A stretch of 64,000 bases of DNA from the NCBI GenBank assembly GCA_021813555.1, contig JAKAKG010000132.1:13-64012 (forward strand), given 5' to 3'. Shown here piece by piece: positions 1 to 11,686 of the stretch. Position 1 is the stretch's first letter; every line of letters begins with the position of its first letter. This DNA comes from Acidobacteriota bacterium. Its GTDB lineage: Bacteria; Acidobacteriota; UBA4820; DSQY01. The notes below the pieces were generated by a model, which saw only the letters and a list, made by a program, of their open reading frames with translations, had not been told where the DNA came from and did no database searches. A program made the translations under genes and the position numbers.

Positions 1-1515
1 CCCCGAACCTCCGGGTCCGCGTCGTACATGGACTTGAGAGAGAGGGACTGCTTGAGGGCCTCCTCGATGGTGACCCCCAGGTCCTCGGGAACGGCCTTGG
101 CGACCTTGTCCACCTTGTCCAGGGGAACGCCCAGCGCCCGGCCCACGTCGCGGATGGCCAGGCGGGCCTTCATTTCGCCGAAGGTGATGATCTGGGCCAC
201 GTTGTCCCGGCCGTACTTCTCCGTCACGTAGGAGATGACCTCCGCCCGGCCCCGCATGCAGAAGTCGATGTCGATGTCGGGCATGGAGACCCGCTCGGGG
301 TTCAGGAAGCGTTCAAAGAGGAGGTCGTAGCGGAGCGGGTCGATGTCCGTGATGCCCATGCTGTAGGACACGAAGGAGCCCGCCGCGGAGCCGCGGCCCG
401 GGCCCACGGGGATGCCGTGGTCCACGGCGTAGCGGATGAAATCCCACACCACCAGGAAGTAGCCCGCCAAGTCCATCTTCTCGATGAGGCCCAGCTCCTC
501 ATCGAGGCGCGCTTCGTAGTCTTCCCGCCGCCGGGAGCCGGGGCGCGTGAGGAGCCCCTGGGCCACCCTCCGCTGGTACCCCTCTCGGGCCACCTTCACG
601 AAGTAGGAGGTGAGGGTTTCCCCTTCGGGCACCTTGAAGACGGGATAGTGCTTGCTCTGGGTGTCGAACCCGAAGTGGCATCGCTTGCCGATGGCCACGG
701 TGTTTTCCAGGGCGTCGGGGTGGTCTCCGAAGCGGTCCCACATCTCCGCCGGGCTTTTGAGATAGTGTTCCGGGCTGTAGGCCATCTTGCCGGACTTCTT
801 CCGCTCCTCTAGGGTGGTTTTCATCTGGATGGCCAGGAGGACGTTGTGGGCGTCGAAATCCTCTTTGCGGAGGAAGTGGACGTCGTTCGTGGCTACGAGA
901 GGAATGCCCGTCTCGCGGTGCAGGTCCAGGATCTGCCGGTTCACCTCCGCCTGCTCGGGGAGGCCCTGGTCCTGTAGCTCCAGGAAAAAGTTGCCCTCGC
1001 CGAAGATGTCCTTCAGCTCCAGGGCCGACCGGAGGGCCTCCTCGGGCTGGCCCCGGAGGATCTTCTGGGGCACCTCCCCGCCCAGGCACGCGGAGAGGGC
1101 GATGAGGCCCTCCGAGTGCTGGCGCAGGAGCTCCTTGTCCATGCGGGGCTTGTAGGAGAAGCCCTCCAGGAACGCCGCCGTGCTGAGTTTGCACAGATTT
1201 TTGTAGCCCTTCTCGTTCTCGCACAGCAGGACGAGGTGCGTGTAGGGCCGCTTCCCGCCCGGGCTCACGTGGGCTTGGTCGAAGCGTGAACCGTCCGCCA
1301 CGTAAGCCTCGCACCCGATGATGGGACGGAGGCCCGCCTTGGTGGCCTTCTTGTAGAACTTCACGGCGCCGAACAGGTTGCCGTGGTCCGTAATGGCCAT
1401 GGCCGGCGAGCCGTGGGCCTTGGCCTGGCTCACCAGGTCGTTCAGGCGGCAGGCGCCGTCCAGCAGGGAGTACTGCGTGTGCAGGTGCAGGTGGACGAAC
1501 TGGCGGTCGGTCATC
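1..1515 (-). CDS. dnaE: DNA polymerase III alpha subunit, N-terminal about 505 aa (PHP domain); gene runs off the 5' edge of the window
   Basis: Not in the ORF track because there is no stop in the window. Reverse-strand translation from ATG at 1513-1515 gives MTDRQFVHLHLHTQYSLLDGA...AITDHGNLFGAVKFYKKA...ACLGGEV, the classic DnaE PHP N-terminus. A GGAAG sits 8 nt upstream of the start. Confidence 0.9.
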
Positions 1516-1520
1516 TCTCG

Positions 1521-1555
1521 ACTTCCGACTTCCGAATTCCAAATTCCGAATTCAA
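1521..1555. repeat. Tandem heptamer array, 5 units (GACTTCC GACTTCC GAATTCC AAATTCC GAATTCA), in the dnaE leader / guaA 3' region
   Basis: Read directly from the sequence. 7-nt periodicity immediately upstream of the dnaE RBS. Confidence 0.8.
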
Positions 1556-1559
1556 AGGT

Positions 1560-3104
1560 TTACTCCCATTCAATGGTCCCCGGCGGCTTGGAGGTCACGT
1601 CGTACACCACGCGGTTCACGCCCCTGACCTCGTTGACGATGCGCGAGGAGACGCGGGCGAGAAACTCGTGGTCGAACCGGAACCAATCCGCTGTCATGTA
1701 GTCCTCCGTGGTGACGGCGCGCAGGGCCACCACCCGGTCGTACGTCCGCTCGTCGCCCATGACCCCCACGGAGCGCACGGGCAGGAGCACGGCAAAGGCC
1801 TGGGCGGCTCGGTCGTAGAGGCCCGCGGCCTTGATCTCCTCCAGGAAAACGTGGTCCGCCTCCTGGAGGATCGCCACGTCCTCCCTCCGCACCTCGCCCA
1901 AAATCCGGACTGCCAAGCCGGGGCCCGGGAAGGGCTGGCGCTTCACGAAGGCCGCCTCCAGGCCCAGGAGACGCCCCACGGCACGAACTTCGTCCTTGAA
2001 CAGGTCGCGCAGGGGTTCCACGACCTCCATGGCCATGCGCTCGGGAAGGCCGCCCACGTTGTGGTGGCTCTTGATGACCTGGGCGGCGCCCGAGACGGCC
2101 GCCGACTCGATGCGGTCGGGATAGATGGTCCCCTGAGCGAGGAACCGGACTCGGCCTAGCGCGCGGGCCTCCTCCTCGAATACTTCGATGAAGGTGCGGC
2201 CCACGGCTTTGCGCTTCTCCTCCGGATCGCTCAGGCCCTTCAGCGCGCTGAAGAAGCGGTCCGAGGCATCCACGGCCTTGAGCTTGAGCTGGAATTTGCG
2301 GGCGAAGCGGTCCTGCACGAGCCTCGCTTCGTCCTTGCGCAGAAGGCCGTGGTCGATGAAGAGCAGGTCCAGATGGTCCCCGATGGCGCGGTGGATGAGT
2401 AGGGCCATGACGGAGGAATCGACCCCGCCCGAGATGGCGCATAGGACCCGCTCCTCGCCCACCTGGGCGCGAATGTCCTCGCAGGCGGACTCCACGAAGG
2501 AGGCCATGGTCCAGCCGCCGCGGGCCCCGCAGGCCTCGTAAAGGAACCGCCTGAGGAGTTCCCGTCCTTGAACCGTGTGGGTGACCTCGGGGTGGAACTG
2601 GATGCCGAAGAGACGCCGTTCGGGGTCTTCCAGGGCCGCGAAGGGAGCGTTGGGCGTGAACCCCGCCGCCCTGAATCCGGGAGGCAGAGCCTCCACCTTG
2701 TCCCCGTGGCTCATCCAGATGGGCTGGGCCGGCGGCATGCCCGCGAAGAGGAGGCAGGACGCCGCTCCGGTGAACTCCGCCGGGCCGTACTCCCGGCGTT
2801 CCGAGCGGGCCACGGTCCCGCCCAGGGCCCACGCCATCCACTGCATGCCGTAGCAGATGCCCAGCACGGGCACGTTCAGGGCCAGAAGGCCGGGATCGGG
2901 CCTGGGCGCCCCCTCGGCATACACGGACTGGGGGCCGCCGGAGAGAATGATGCCGGCGGGACCGAACGTCCGCACGTCTTCCAGGGCCATGCCCCAGGGC
3001 GCCACCTCACAGTAAACCCTCGCCTCGCGCACGCGCCTTGCGATGAGCTGGGTGGTCTGCGAGCCGCAGTCCAGGATGAGAATGCGTTGGCTGTCACGGG
3101 TCAT
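1560..3104 (-). CDS. guaA: GMP synthase (glutamine-hydrolysing)
   Basis: ORF 1560..3215. Homology starts at the internal ATG (MTRDSQRILILDCGSQTTQLIARR...). GATase class I domain plus PP-loop ATPase motif SGGVDSSV. Confidence 0.95.
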   Translation of the reverse strand: MTRDSQRILILDCGSQTTQLIARRVREARVYCEVAPWGMALEDVRTFGPAGIILSGGPQSVYAEGAPRPDPGLLALNVPVLGICYGMQWMAWALGGTVARSERREYGPAEFTGAASCLLFAGMPPAQPIWMSHGDKVEALPPGFRAAGFTPNAPFAALEDPERRLFGIQFHPEVTHTVQGRELLRRFLYEACGARGGWTMASFVESACEDIRAQVGEERVLCAISGGVDSSVMALLIHRAIGDHLDLLFIDHGLLRKDEARLVQDRFARKFQLKLKAVDASDRFFSALKGLSDPEEKRKAVGRTFIEVFEEEARALGRVRFLAQGTIYPDRIESAAVSGAAQVIKSHHNVGGLPERMAMEVVEPLRDLFKDEVRAVGRLLGLEAAFVKRQPFPGPGLAVRILGEVRREDVAILQEADHVFLEEIKAAGLYDRAAQAFAVLLPVRSVGVMGDERTYDRVVALRAVTTEDYMTADWFRFDHEFLARVSSRIVNEVRGVNRVVYDVTSKPPGTIEWE

Positions 3105-3206
3105 CGAAACCTCTGCACGGGGGGAAGTATACCTTGGGAAGGCGGAAAGGGGGAATTGCGGATTTGGGATTTGGAAGAGGAGGCCGCGTTGGGTGCAGGA
3201 TCTCTT

Positions 3207-3236
3207 ACTTTTCACTTTTCACTTTTCACTTTTCAC
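3207..3236. repeat. Tandem heptamer (ACTTTTC)x4, overlapping the dusB stop codon and lying in the guaA upstream region
   Basis: Perfect 4-unit tandem repeat read from the sequence. The sense (minus) strand reads GTGAAAAGTGAAAAGT... Confidence 0.9.
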
Positions 3237-4178
3237 TGCCCCCGCCCACTCCCTGAACCCATCCAACATGGCCTCCGGCTCCCTGTACCCCTCCAGGCTG
3301 CGCCGGAGGGCCGCCGAGCCGGGCATGCCCACGGTGTACTTGCCGAGAAAGGTCTTCATGCGGTGCAGGGCAAGGCCCGGAGGACCCAGAATGAGGAGGT
3401 CCCTGAAATGGTCCTCGATGAGGTCCACCCTGTCCGTCATCGTGGGCGTACCGTACGACCCCGCGGTGCGCAGGTCCTCGATCTGCCGGAAGATCCACGG
3501 GTTCTTCACGGCGGCCCGCCCCACCATGACCCCGTCGCAGCCGGTCGCTCGCCAGAGATCCAGGGCCGCCTCGGGGGTCGTCACGTCTCCGTTCCCCACG
3601 ACGGGCACGGGCACGGCGGCTTTCAGTTCGGCGATCCGGTTCCAATCCGCGCGCCCCGAATAGCCCTGCTCTTTCGTGCGCCCGTGAAGGGTGAGGCCCG
3701 CCACGCCCACGTCCACAAGGGCTCTGGCCACCTCGATGAAAGTGATCTCCCTCTCGCTCCAGCCGAGGCGCATTTTCACGGTCACGGGCACGCCCACGGC
3801 TCGAACCACGGCGCCGGCCACGGCCGCCGCCTGGCGGGTATCTCTGAGAAGTGCCACGCCGCAGGCGCCCTTGGTGACTTTGTGGGCGGGACACCCCATG
3901 TTGATGTCCACGAGGTCGGCGCCCTCGCCCGCGCAGCGCCGGGCCGCCTCGGCCATGTGCTCCGGATCGGCCCCGGAGAGCTGGAGGGCCACGGGGTGCT
4001 CGTCGGCGCCGATGCGCAGGTATTCCTCGGCGCGCATGGTGCCCCGCACCAGGCCTTCGGAGGACAGAATCTCCGAGACAACCAGCCCCACGCCGCCGCA
4101 CCTCCGGACGACCCTCCGGAAGGTGTGGTCCGTGAGGCCCGCCATGGGCGCCAGCACCAGCGCGGGGGCGATGGTCAC
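3219..4178 (-). CDS. dusB: tRNA-dihydrouridine synthase (Dus family, DusB-like)
   Basis: ORF 3219..4340. Homology (LAPMAGLTDHTFRR..., NMGCPAHKVTKGACGVALL, TVKMRLGW, TLHGRTKEQGYSG) begins near a GTG at 4176-4178. The upstream part of the ORF overlaps the S4 gene and is probably not translated. Start is uncertain. Confidence 0.8.
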   Translation of the reverse strand: MTIAPALVLAPMAGLTDHTFRRVVRRCGGVGLVVSEILSSEGLVRGTMRAEEYLRIGADEHPVALQLSGADPEHMAEAARRCAGEGADLVDINMGCPAHKVTKGACGVALLRDTRQAAAVAGAVVRAVGVPVTVKMRLGWSEREITFIEVARALVDVGVAGLTLHGRTKEQGYSGRADWNRIAELKAAVPVPVVGNGDVTTPEAALDLWRATGCDGVMVGRAAVKNPWIFRQIEDLRTAGSYGTPTMTDRVDLIEDHFRDLLILGPPGLALHRMKTFLGKYTVGMPGSAALRRSLEGYREPEAMLDGFREWAGAVKSEK

Positions 4179-4336
4179 GTCGCCCGCGCGGTAGCTGCTG
4201 GGATAAAGGCTGTTGGCTGTGGGCCGCTGGCTGTTGGCCAAGAGTGAGTCACCCTCCCGCACGTCCCGTGATCTCGCTCTTGGTCCTTGACCTGAAAGCG
4301 ATCGGCCCAAAGCCAAGAGCTTCGTCCTTGGCCGCC

Positions 4337-4588
4337 TCAACCGACCACGCGGAAGAACTCCGCCTCGCGGCCTTTGGGAACCGGCCGCTGGGCCTCCTGG
4401 ATGACCTCCACCCGGCGCGGGGCTTCTTCTTCATCACCTAGAATCGTCAGGACGTCCCCGGCCTTCACGTCCCTCCCGGGCTTGGCGGGATGGCCGTTGA
4501 GGAGAATCCCGCCCTCGCCGGCCCGCTCCTTGGCGGCCGTGCGGCGCTTGATCAGCCGGGTGTTTTTCAAAAAGACGTCCAGGCGCAT
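4337..4588 (-). CDS. S4-domain RNA-binding protein (Hsp15/YabO-like)
   Basis: 83 aa. MRLDVFLKNTRLIKRRTAAKERAGEGGILLNGHPAKPGRDVKAGDVL is a typical S4 fold. Confidence 0.65.
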   Translation of the reverse strand: MRLDVFLKNTRLIKRRTAAKERAGEGGILLNGHPAKPGRDVKAGDVLTILGDEEEAPRRVEVIQEAQRPVPKGREAEFFRVVG

Positions 4589-4636
4589 GGGGGGCCCGCG
4601 ATGAAGCGGACATCAACGAGGCGCAGGAATCGTTCT

Positions 4637-4657
4637 GCGCCTCGCGTCTCGCGTCTC
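4637..4657. repeat. Tandem heptamer (GCGCCTC GCGTCTC GCGTCTC) between the S4 gene and the surA-like gene
   Basis: Read from the sequence. The same unit recurs at 31822, 40693 and, inverted, at 56950. Confidence 0.8.
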
Positions 4658-4664
4658 GCCCTTC

Positions 4665-5624
4665 CTATAGATACTTCGGATTGATCCTGACGTAGTTCTG
4701 AGCCTTCAGCTCGTCGATGTATTTCTTGTACTCCTTCTGAAACATCTCTTCTTTCAGGGCCTCGATGATCGTCTCGCGGGACTTGTCGAGAGAGGGCACC
4801 TGGGGATCCTTGTTGGCCTCCACCCGGAAGAGGTACCACCCCGCGTCGGTGGGGATGAGTTCGCTCAGTTGGCCCGCCTTCAGGGGGAACACGGCCTTGG
4901 CGATGGCGGGGCTCAGGTCGCTTTCTGCGAACCATCCGGCCTCGCCCTTGGACGTTTTGGAGAAAGACTGGGAGTACTGGGCGGCCAGGTCACCGAAGGG
5001 TTTGCCCGCGGCCACTTCCTGCCGGATCTTCGCGGCCAGGGCCTCGGCCTCCTGTTGGGTATGCCCCTTCTTGAGGATGAGAATTTCCTGGAGCTCAACC
5101 TGGGGCTTGCCGGCCAGTTCGGCCTTATGGACCTCGTAGTAGTTTTTGATTTCATCCGTGGTAATGCTGATCTTGCTCCGGATTTCCCGGCTCTTCATGA
5201 ATTCGGGCACGTAGATGAGCATGACCTGCTTGCGGAAATCCTCCATGGTCATGTTCTCGCTCTGCAACGCCTTGGCCAGGTCTTCCTTGGTGGCCAAATG
5301 GTTCTCTTTCATGAAGTTGTCGATCTGGCCGTCCACGATGGCGTCAACCTGGTAGAGCTGCTTGGCTTTTTCGATGAGGAGCAGCTCGTCCTCCATCTGC
5401 TCCAGCAGCATCTGGGGGACTTCCTTGAGGCGCTGGTCCAAATCGGGGCCCTTGTACTCCCGCTTCATGCCCTCGATGGTGCTTTTGAGGCGCTTGTCGT
5501 ACTCGCTCTTGGTGACGATCGAGTCGTTGACCTTGATGACGATCTCCTCCACCACCGCGGCCTTGGGGGCCAGGGGATGAGCCAGGAGCAACGCCGCGAG
5601 GCCGAGATATGCCAACCCTTTCAT
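4665..5624 (-). CDS. SurA-like periplasmic chaperone / parvulin-type peptidyl-prolyl cis-trans isomerase
   Basis: 319 aa with a signal peptide (MKGLAYLGLAALLLAHPLA). C-terminal PpiC/parvulin domain (GDLAAQYSQ...GEAGWF...). Lys/Glu-rich with locally lower GC. Confidence 0.75.
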   Translation of the reverse strand: MKGLAYLGLAALLLAHPLAPKAAVVEEIVIKVNDSIVTKSEYDKRLKSTIEGMKREYKGPDLDQRLKEVPQMLLEQMEDELLLIEKAKQLYQVDAIVDGQIDNFMKENHLATKEDLAKALQSENMTMEDFRKQVMLIYVPEFMKSREIRSKISITTDEIKNYYEVHKAELAGKPQVELQEILILKKGHTQQEAEALAAKIRQEVAAGKPFGDLAAQYSQSFSKTSKGEAGWFAESDLSPAIAKAVFPLKAGQLSELIPTDAGWYLFRVEANKDPQVPSLDKSRETIIEALKEEMFQKEYKKYIDELKAQNYVRINPKYL

Positions 5625-6475
5625 GGGGTCTCCTTCTGATAGGCAAAGGGTAGTTTAGACCAAAATACCACCGTACGGAAGCGGCGGCGCAATTCGGCGA
5701 GGTAGCGGGCCTTGAGCATCTCCCTCCGTTCATCCGAGAGCCTCAGGCGGATCTCGGGCGCCACCTCGTCCATGGGCAAGACGTAGGCCTCATGCCGCCC
5801 CTCCACCAGAAGGATCTGGTAGGAGGAGTCGCTCAACCTCAGGGGCGCCGTAGGCGAGCCGATCTTGGCCCCGTCTATCACGGGCTTGAGGTAATCGGGC
5901 AGTTCGCTGTACTGGAAATACTGGAGGGCGCCCCGGTCGGGGGACAGGGAGTAGAGGCGGGCCACGTCCACGAAGGAGTGGCCCCGCCGAAGGAGGGCCT
6001 CGGCATCGCCCGCCTGGGTAGGACCGGGGAGGAGCATCTGCCGGAGCAGGACGCCTGGGCCCCGCTGGAATTCGTCCCGGTGGTTCCGGTAGTACGTCTC
6101 TATCTCCTGATCCGTGACCTCAGCCTTGACGTAGACCTTCTCGTCCAGCGTGCTGTCCACCACATTCTCCCGGGCCTTGGGATCAGAGAGGGCGCCCAGT
6201 GGGCGGGGCGCCTCGCCGGGGCGTGCTGAGGCGCGGTCGTTCAGGACCAGGAGGGCGTCCACCAGGCCGTCCCACACCCTGCTCTGGACCCAGGGGTCCT
6301 GCGTGGAGTCCGCCTGGTCATAGGCGGCGGCCGCCGCCAAGTCCGCCCGCGTGATTTCGTAGCATCCCACCACCGCCAGGACGTTCGGATCCTTCTTCAG
6401 GCGGGCCACGGGATCCCTGGTGCAGCCCCACACCATGACGAGCGGCAGGAGGGCCGCCAGGAGCAGGCGCTTCAC
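5621..6475 (-). CDS. Lipoprotein with SurA_N-like / PPIase-like fold (periplasmic folding factor)
   Basis: 284 aa. Lipobox VWGC after the signal peptide. 4-nt overlap with the mfd stop and with the downstream surA-like gene. Confidence 0.55.
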   Translation of the reverse strand: MKRLLLAALLPLVMVWGCTRDPVARLKKDPNVLAVVGCYEITRADLAAAAAYDQADSTQDPWVQSRVWDGLVDALLVLNDRASARPGEAPRPLGALSDPKARENVVDSTLDEKVYVKAEVTDQEIETYYRNHRDEFQRGPGVLLRQMLLPGPTQAGDAEALLRRGHSFVDVARLYSLSPDRGALQYFQYSELPDYLKPVIDGAKIGSPTAPLRLSDSSYQILLVEGRHEAYVLPMDEVAPEIRLRLSDERREMLKARYLAELRRRFRTVVFWSKLPFAYQKETP

Positions 6476-9400
6476 GCCGGAGCCCCCTCGGGAGCCGCGG
6501 CCTGAAGGAGGCGCCCCAGGAGCTTCAAGGGATCCTCCCCTGTCTCCAGCACGAGATCCAGAGAGCCGCTGGGGGCCAAGCGCACCCCCTTCCGATGGGA
6601 GAGAAAGCCCACGAGCCCCGCGGTGTTCAGGGGAGCTTCCGGATCGAAGGCGAGGACGAGGCGGTCATCCTTGCGGGCCATGCTCCTGATGGCGAGGCGC
6701 TCGGCTTGGAGGCGCAGGCGGACCGCCTCCAGCATCGTGGACACCACGGGCGGCGCGGGACCGAAGCGGTCCGACAGATCGGAGGCGACCCGGGCCACGT
6801 CGTTGGCGCCCGCCGCCATGGAGAGGTCACGGTAGAAGGCAAGGCGGAGGTTTTGGTCCTCGATGTAGTCCGCCGGAATGGCCAGGTCCATGCCCAGATT
6901 CATCTCGCACCGAACGGGAGCGAGGACCGGCTCCCCCTTGGCCTCGGCCACGGCCTCTTCCAGAAGCCTCAGGTAGAGGTCGAACCCCACTGCCTCGATG
7001 TGGCCCGACTGCTCTGCCCCCAGCAGGTTCCCCGCTCCGCGGAGCTCCAGATCCACGGCGGCCACCCGGAAGCCCGCCCCCAGCTCGGAGAATTCCTGGA
7101 GGGTCTCGAGGCGCTTCTCGGCGTCGGGCCGGAGGACCAGGCCCTCGGGCACGAGGAGGTAGGCGTAGGCGGGCACGTCGGACCGTCCGATGCGCCCCCG
7201 GAGCTGGTAGAGCTGGCAGAGCCCGAAAGCGTGGGCATTGTTCACGATGAGGGTGTTGGCCCGGCTCAGGTCCACGCCGTTCTCGATGATGGTGGTGCAG
7301 ACGAGCACGTCGTATCGGCCGTGGAAGAAGGCCAGCATGACCTCCTCCAGGGCCCGCTCGCCCATCTGGCCGTGGGCGATGGTGACCCGCGCCTCGGGGA
7401 CCCACTCCTGGATGCGCCGGGCGGCCGCGGCGATGGTCTCCACCTGGTTGTGCACGTAGTAGACCTGCCCGCCCCGTCCCATCTCCCTCCGGATGGCCGT
7501 CTGGATGAGTTCTTTGTCGAAGGCGTGGACGCTGGTCTGGATGGCCAGGCGGTCCTTGGGCGGGGTCTGGATGAGGGACATGTCGAGGATGCCGCTCAGG
7601 CCCATTTGAAGCGTCCGGGGAATGGGGGTGGCCGTGAGGGTGAGGACGTCCACGTGCGTCTTAAGCTGCTTGATCTTCTCTTTGTGGGTCACCCCGAAGC
7701 GCTGCTCCTCGTCCACCACGAGCAGGCCCAGGTTCGGGGGCCTGACGTCTTTGGACAGGAGCCTGTGGGTCCCCACGAGGATGTCCACTTTCCCCAGGTT
7801 GGCCAGAGCCACGGCCTCCTTCTGCTCCTTGGGCGTCACGAAGCGGGACAGCATCCTCACGGTCACGGGAAAGGGAGCGAAACGCTCGGAGACCCGCTCC
7901 ATGTGCTGGAGGGCCAGGACGGTGGTGGGACACAGCACCATGACCTGTTTCCCGTCCTGGATGGCCTTGAAGGACGCCCGCAGCGCCACCTCCGTCTTGC
8001 CGAAGCCCACGTCCCCGCATACGAGGCGGTCCATGGGCTTGGGTGATTCCATGTCCCGCTTGATGTCCTCCACGGCCCGGGCCTGGTCCGGCGTGAGGTC
8101 GAAGGGAAACTGCCCCTCGAACTCACCCTGCCAGTCCGTGTCGGGACTGTAGGACCACCCTTCCACGGTCCGCCGACGCGCGTAGAGCTTGAGCAGGTCG
8201 CCGGCGATCTCTCGGACGGCCTTCCTGACCTTCTCCTTGGCTTTCTTCCAGGCGGGTCCACCCAGCTTGTCCAAGGGGGGCGCGTGCCCCTCCGGGCCCA
8301 CGTACTTCTGGATGAGATCCATGCGCTGGACGGGAACGAGGAGGCGGCTCCCGCCGCCGTACGTGAGGACCAGGTAGTCTTCCCGGATGCCCTCGCGCAC
8401 CAGCGTTTCGATGCCCTGAAATAGCCCCACGCCGTGGTCCACGTGGACCACGGGCATGCCCGGTTTGAGGTCCCGCAGGCCCGAGAAGAAGGCCTCCCGG
8501 TGCTGGACGCGCGCCTCGGGAAGGGCCGCTCGGCCGCGGCCGAAGAGCTCCCGCTCGGTGACCGCCAACCAGCGCTGGCCGGGGAAGAGGACCCCTTCTT
8601 CCGCGGGAACGAGGGCCGCGTAGAAACCGGGAGGCAGATCCTGCCCCGCGGGAGCCTCCCGGAGGACCGGGAGGCCGTCCGCCAAGGCCACTTCGGCGAG
8701 CCGGTCCAGGGTGCCCTGCCCCTGGAGGAGGGCGATGCACCGGTATCCCTGGTCCACCCGCTCCTTGATGTAGGCCAGGAATTTGTAGGGCTCGCCCGGA
8801 AAGACGGGAGGCCGCTCGCTCGATGATGCGCCTCCCGCATCCGATCCCATGCGGAGGGTGCGGGGATCCCGCGAGAGGGTCTCCAGACAGGAGCAGGCCG
8901 TGAAGAGGCGCTCGGGGGCGAGAAAAGCGGGGCGGCGGTGGGCGCGGTGGCTCTCCGTCCACTGATTCAAGGCGGCCTTGGCCTGCTGCACGCACGCCTC
9001 GGGCTCCACGAGGGTCCAGGACGCACCCGCCATGAAGTCCGTGAGGGCGCCGTAAAACTCCCCGTCCTGGCGCACCTCCGTATCGTACGTGGGGTAGGCC
9101 CCGATCTGGCCCAGTCCCTCCAGCCGGATCTCTCCGAACTCCTCTTCCCCAGCCAGGGTGGATTTGAGCCGCTCCTGGAGCGCTTCATCGCGCACGGCTT
9201 CGGACAAGGGGGGGACGAGCACGGGACGTCCCACGGCCCCGAGGGAGTGCTGGGAAGAGGGATCGAAAAACCTCATGGACTCGATGTCGTCGCCGAAGAG
9301 CTCCAGGCGGACGGGCAGCGTCTCGGAAGGGGAAAAAACGTCCAAGACACCCCCGCGGAACGCCACTTCGCCCGGCTCTCCCACCATGTCCGACTGCCTG

Positions 9401-9864
9401 TAGCCCATTTTCCAGAGGGCCGAACGGAAGCTGCGCCGGTCCAGGGGGCGCCCCTCCTCGAGGAGAAGGAGATAGCCGGCCCACCAGCCTCGCCTGGGAA
9501 CCTTCCACAAGAACGACGGCGCGCTCGCCAGGAGGGCCCCGCGGGGGGAGAGGGCGAAGGAGGCGAGGGTTTCGGCCCGCTCCAGGAGGATGCCGGGGTG
9601 GTTGGGGAGGCCCTCGTAGGGGTCGGCGTCCGGAGCGGGGAGGAGCGACGGCGCCGAGCGCTCGCCGAACACGGCCGTCAGAAACGCGTGGAGCTTCTTG
9701 GCCGAGGCTTCCGAGGAAACCAGCACGCCCGCGGGGGTTTCGCGGCTCGCCAGGTGGGCCGCCAGGGCGTAGGGCAGGCCGCCGCCTTTGGCGGAGGCGC
9801 ACCCCTGGGCGCCGCCGAGGCTGCCGTACAGCTCTGAGAGAAAGCGCTCCAGGAGGCGGTTCAC
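6472..9864 (-). CDS. mfd: Transcription-repair coupling factor
   Basis: 1130 aa. Superfamily-2 helicase motifs ([22 protein letters not shown]). UvrB-interaction, TRG and CarD-like regions. Confidence 0.95.
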   Translation of the reverse strand: MNRLLERFLSELYGSLGGAQGCASAKGGGLPYALAAHLASRETPAGVLVSSEASAKKLHAFLTAVFGERSAPSLLPAPDADPYEGLPNHPGILLERAETLASFALSPRGALLASAPSFLWKVPRRGWWAGYLLLLEEGRPLDRRSFRSALWKMGYRQSDMVGEPGEVAFRGGVLDVFSPSETLPVRLELFGDDIESMRFFDPSSQHSLGAVGRPVLVPPLSEAVRDEALQERLKSTLAGEEEFGEIRLEGLGQIGAYPTYDTEVRQDGEFYGALTDFMAGASWTLVEPEACVQQAKAALNQWTESHRAHRRPAFLAPERLFTACSCLETLSRDPRTLRMGSDAGGASSSERPPVFPGEPYKFLAYIKERVDQGYRCIALLQGQGTLDRLAEVALADGLPVLREAPAGQDLPPGFYAALVPAEEGVLFPGQRWLAVTERELFGRGRAALPEARVQHREAFFSGLRDLKPGMPVVHVDHGVGLFQGIETLVREGIREDYLVLTYGGGSRLLVPVQRMDLIQKYVGPEGHAPPLDKLGGPAWKKAKEKVRKAVREIAGDLLKLYARRRTVEGWSYSPDTDWQGEFEGQFPFDLTPDQARAVEDIKRDMESPKPMDRLVCGDVGFGKTEVALRASFKAIQDGKQVMVLCPTTVLALQHMERVSERFAPFPVTVRMLSRFVTPKEQKEAVALANLGKVDILVGTHRLLSKDVRPPNLGLLVVDEEQRFGVTHKEKIKQLKTHVDVLTLTATPIPRTLQMGLSGILDMSLIQTPPKDRLAIQTSVHAFDKELIQTAIRREMGRGGQVYYVHNQVETIAAAARRIQEWVPEARVTIAHGQMGERALEEVMLAFFHGRYDVLVCTTIIENGVDLSRANTLIVNNAHAFGLCQLYQLRGRIGRSDVPAYAYLLVPEGLVLRPDAEKRLETLQEFSELGAGFRVAAVDLELRGAGNLLGAEQSGHIEAVGFDLYLRLLEEAVAEAKGEPVLAPVRCEMNLGMDLAIPADYIEDQNLRLAFYRDLSMAAGANDVARVASDLSDRFGPAPPVVSTMLEAVRLRLQAERLAIRSMARKDDRLVLAFDPEAPLNTAGLVGFLSHRKGVRLAPSGSLDLVLETGEDPLKLLGRLLQAAAPEGAPA

Positions 9865-10343
9865 CGAGTGCCGCCCCCCAGACGATCGAGGAGGCCGCTG
9901 GTGGAGCGGCCCGGCACTACGGGGATGGTCACCACCCGGCCTCCCCGGCCCTCCACCAACTCCCGGCCCACGATGGCGTCCAAGGCCCAGTCCCCGCCCT
10001 TCACGAGCACGTCGGGGAGGGCGACCCGAATGAGGCTCAGGGGCGTGTCCTCGCCGAAGACCGCCACCGCATCCACGGCGGACAGGGCGGCCAGGATCTC
10101 CCCCCGTTCCGCCTCGGGTGTGACGGGACGTCCCGGCCCCTTCAGGCGCCGCACGGAAGCATCCGAGTTGAGGCCCACCACGAGGATGTCCCCGAGGGAC
10201 CGGGCCTGGTTGAGATAGCGCACGTGGCCCGCGTGGAGGAGGTCAAAACACCCGTTGGTGAAGACGACCCGCAGGCCGCCCTCGCGCCACCCGGCCCTCA
10301 AGGTCGCAAGCTCTTCCCAGCCCACCACGCGGCCCACGCTCAC
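9861..10343 (-). CDS. Cytidylyltransferase-like nucleotidyltransferase, RfaE domain II-type (D-beta-D-heptose 1-phosphate adenylyltransferase-like)
   Basis: 160 aa. [17 protein letters not shown] motif. 4-nt overlaps on both sides. Confidence 0.75.
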   Translation of the reverse strand: MSVGRVVGWEELATLRAGWREGGLRVVFTNGCFDLLHAGHVRYLNQARSLGDILVVGLNSDASVRRLKGPGRPVTPEAERGEILAALSAVDAVAVFGEDTPLSLIRVALPDVLVKGGDWALDAIVGRELVEGRGGRVVTIPVVPGRSTSGLLDRLGGGTR

Positions 10344-11533
10344 CTCCCGAACCTCAGGGCTTCCACCCGCTGCTGCACCCCCGGGAGGACCGTGTCCATG
10401 ACCGATTTAAGCGGGACGGCCCGCCCACCCTGGACGATGCAGACCTGGAAGGGTTGGACCGCGTCACCGTTGGCGTCGAAGCTCGTGAGCCCCGAGGCGC
10501 CGGGATAGTTCCGGAGGGCAAGAAGTCCCGATCGAATGGCCTCCGCCCGCAGGTCGCCCTTGCTCATGACCTCGGCCAGGATCTTCACGGCGTCGTAGGC
10601 ATGCGCCGCGTAAATGTCCGCCTCCCTGCCATAGTTCGCCGCGTAGGCGGCGGCGAACTCGGAGGCCGCCGGATTGCCTCCTTCGGGATCGTAGGCGGGC
10701 CGGGCAAAGAGGATCCCGTCAAAAACCGCCCCCTTCCCCTTGAGGAGGGTGCCCTCGGCCAGGGCGCTCACGGAAAGCACGGGAGGCCTCGGGTCCTGGG
10801 CGCGCAGCGCTCCGAGGACGGGCGCCAGATCCTCACCGTATCCCGCGATGAAGACCACCTGGCAGTGCTCCAGCTCCGCGGCGGCCTCCGACATGACCTC
10901 AGAAGGGGCCTGGCCCCGCTGAAAGAGGACCGTTTTGCACGTACGGCCGTCCTTGCAAAACCGCTGGCTGAACACGCCTCCGATGCCCGCCGCGTAAGGA
11001 TTGCGTTCTGACAGCACGAGGGCTTGGGTGGCGTGGAGGGTGTACGCCGCGAAGTCCGCCATGGTCTGGCCCTCGATGTCGTCCGAGGGCCAATTTCGAA
11101 AGACGAATCCCCCGGCCTCCGTGATTTGGGGGGCCGATGCGGAGGGCGAGAAGAGGATCCTGCGGAACCTCTCCGCCACAGGCGCCATGGCCAGCGCCTC
11201 GCCCGTGGTGCAGCCCCCCACCACCGCCGGCACGTGGTCCCGCTCCACCAGTTCCTGGAAGGCCTCGGCGGCGCGCCCTTCGGACGAGGCCGAATCTTTG
11301 ACGAGGATTTCCAGCCGGCGGCCGTCGATGCCGCCCGTGGCGTTCACAAGCTTGGCGGCCAGGAGGGCGCCGCGTTCCATGCTCGTGCCATACGGGGCGT
11401 AGGCTCCCGTCAGCGGCAATACCGCCCCCAGCTTTACAGGCCGGAGAGAGCAAGCCGCCAAGGCCAGGAGCCCCGCCGCGGCCAGCGCGGCCCAAGCCGC
11501 CCACGGGCGCCCCACGCCTCCCGTTCGTCTCAT
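10340..11533 (-). CDS. ABC transporter substrate-binding protein, LivJ/branched-chain amino acid-binding family
   Basis: 397 aa with a signal peptide (likely lipoprotein LALAACS). Periplasmic-binding-protein type I fold motifs. Confidence 0.8.
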   Translation of the reverse strand: MRRTGGVGRPWAAWAALAAAGLLALAACSLRPVKLGAVLPLTGAYAPYGTSMERGALLAAKLVNATGGIDGRRLEILVKDSASSEGRAAEAFQELVERDHVPAVVGGCTTGEALAMAPVAERFRRILFSPSASAPQITEAGGFVFRNWPSDDIEGQTMADFAAYTLHATQALVLSERNPYAAGIGGVFSQRFCKDGRTCKTVLFQRGQAPSEVMSEAAAELEHCQVVFIAGYGEDLAPVLGALRAQDPRPPVLSVSALAEGTLLKGKGAVFDGILFARPAYDPEGGNPAASEFAAAYAANYGREADIYAAHAYDAVKILAEVMSKGDLRAEAIRSGLLALRNYPGASGLTSFDANGDAVQPFQVCIVQGGRAVPLKSVMDTVLPGVQQRVEALRFGR

Positions 11534-11686
11534 GGTTCCTCCAAACGTTTAATGGTATCGGTCCCCCTCGTTCCCGGTCAAGGTGCCCCGCCGGCCGAGC
11601 TGGGGTTCAAGGTACATTTGGGTCTATTTCACTTGAGCGAAACTCGCCCGAAGGCTGTGGTACGATACGTGAAGGGAGGTAAGGTC

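Noticed and set aside
499-1542. 347-aa minus-strand ORF (plus 417..812 and 787..1155 + ORFs) overlapping the dnaE region
   Set aside because: It is in a different frame from the real dnaE reading frame. Pro/Arg/Gly-rich composition typical of out-of-frame translation of high-GC DNA.
2568-4247. 559-aa plus-strand ORF
   Set aside because: Antisense to guaA and dusB. Low-complexity Gly/Arg/Pro-rich sequence.
11024-11686. 5' extension of the sulfatase ORF (track start 11024)
   Set aside because: It overlaps the LivJ-like gene on the opposite strand. The real start at 11687 has a GGAGG RBS and a signal peptide.
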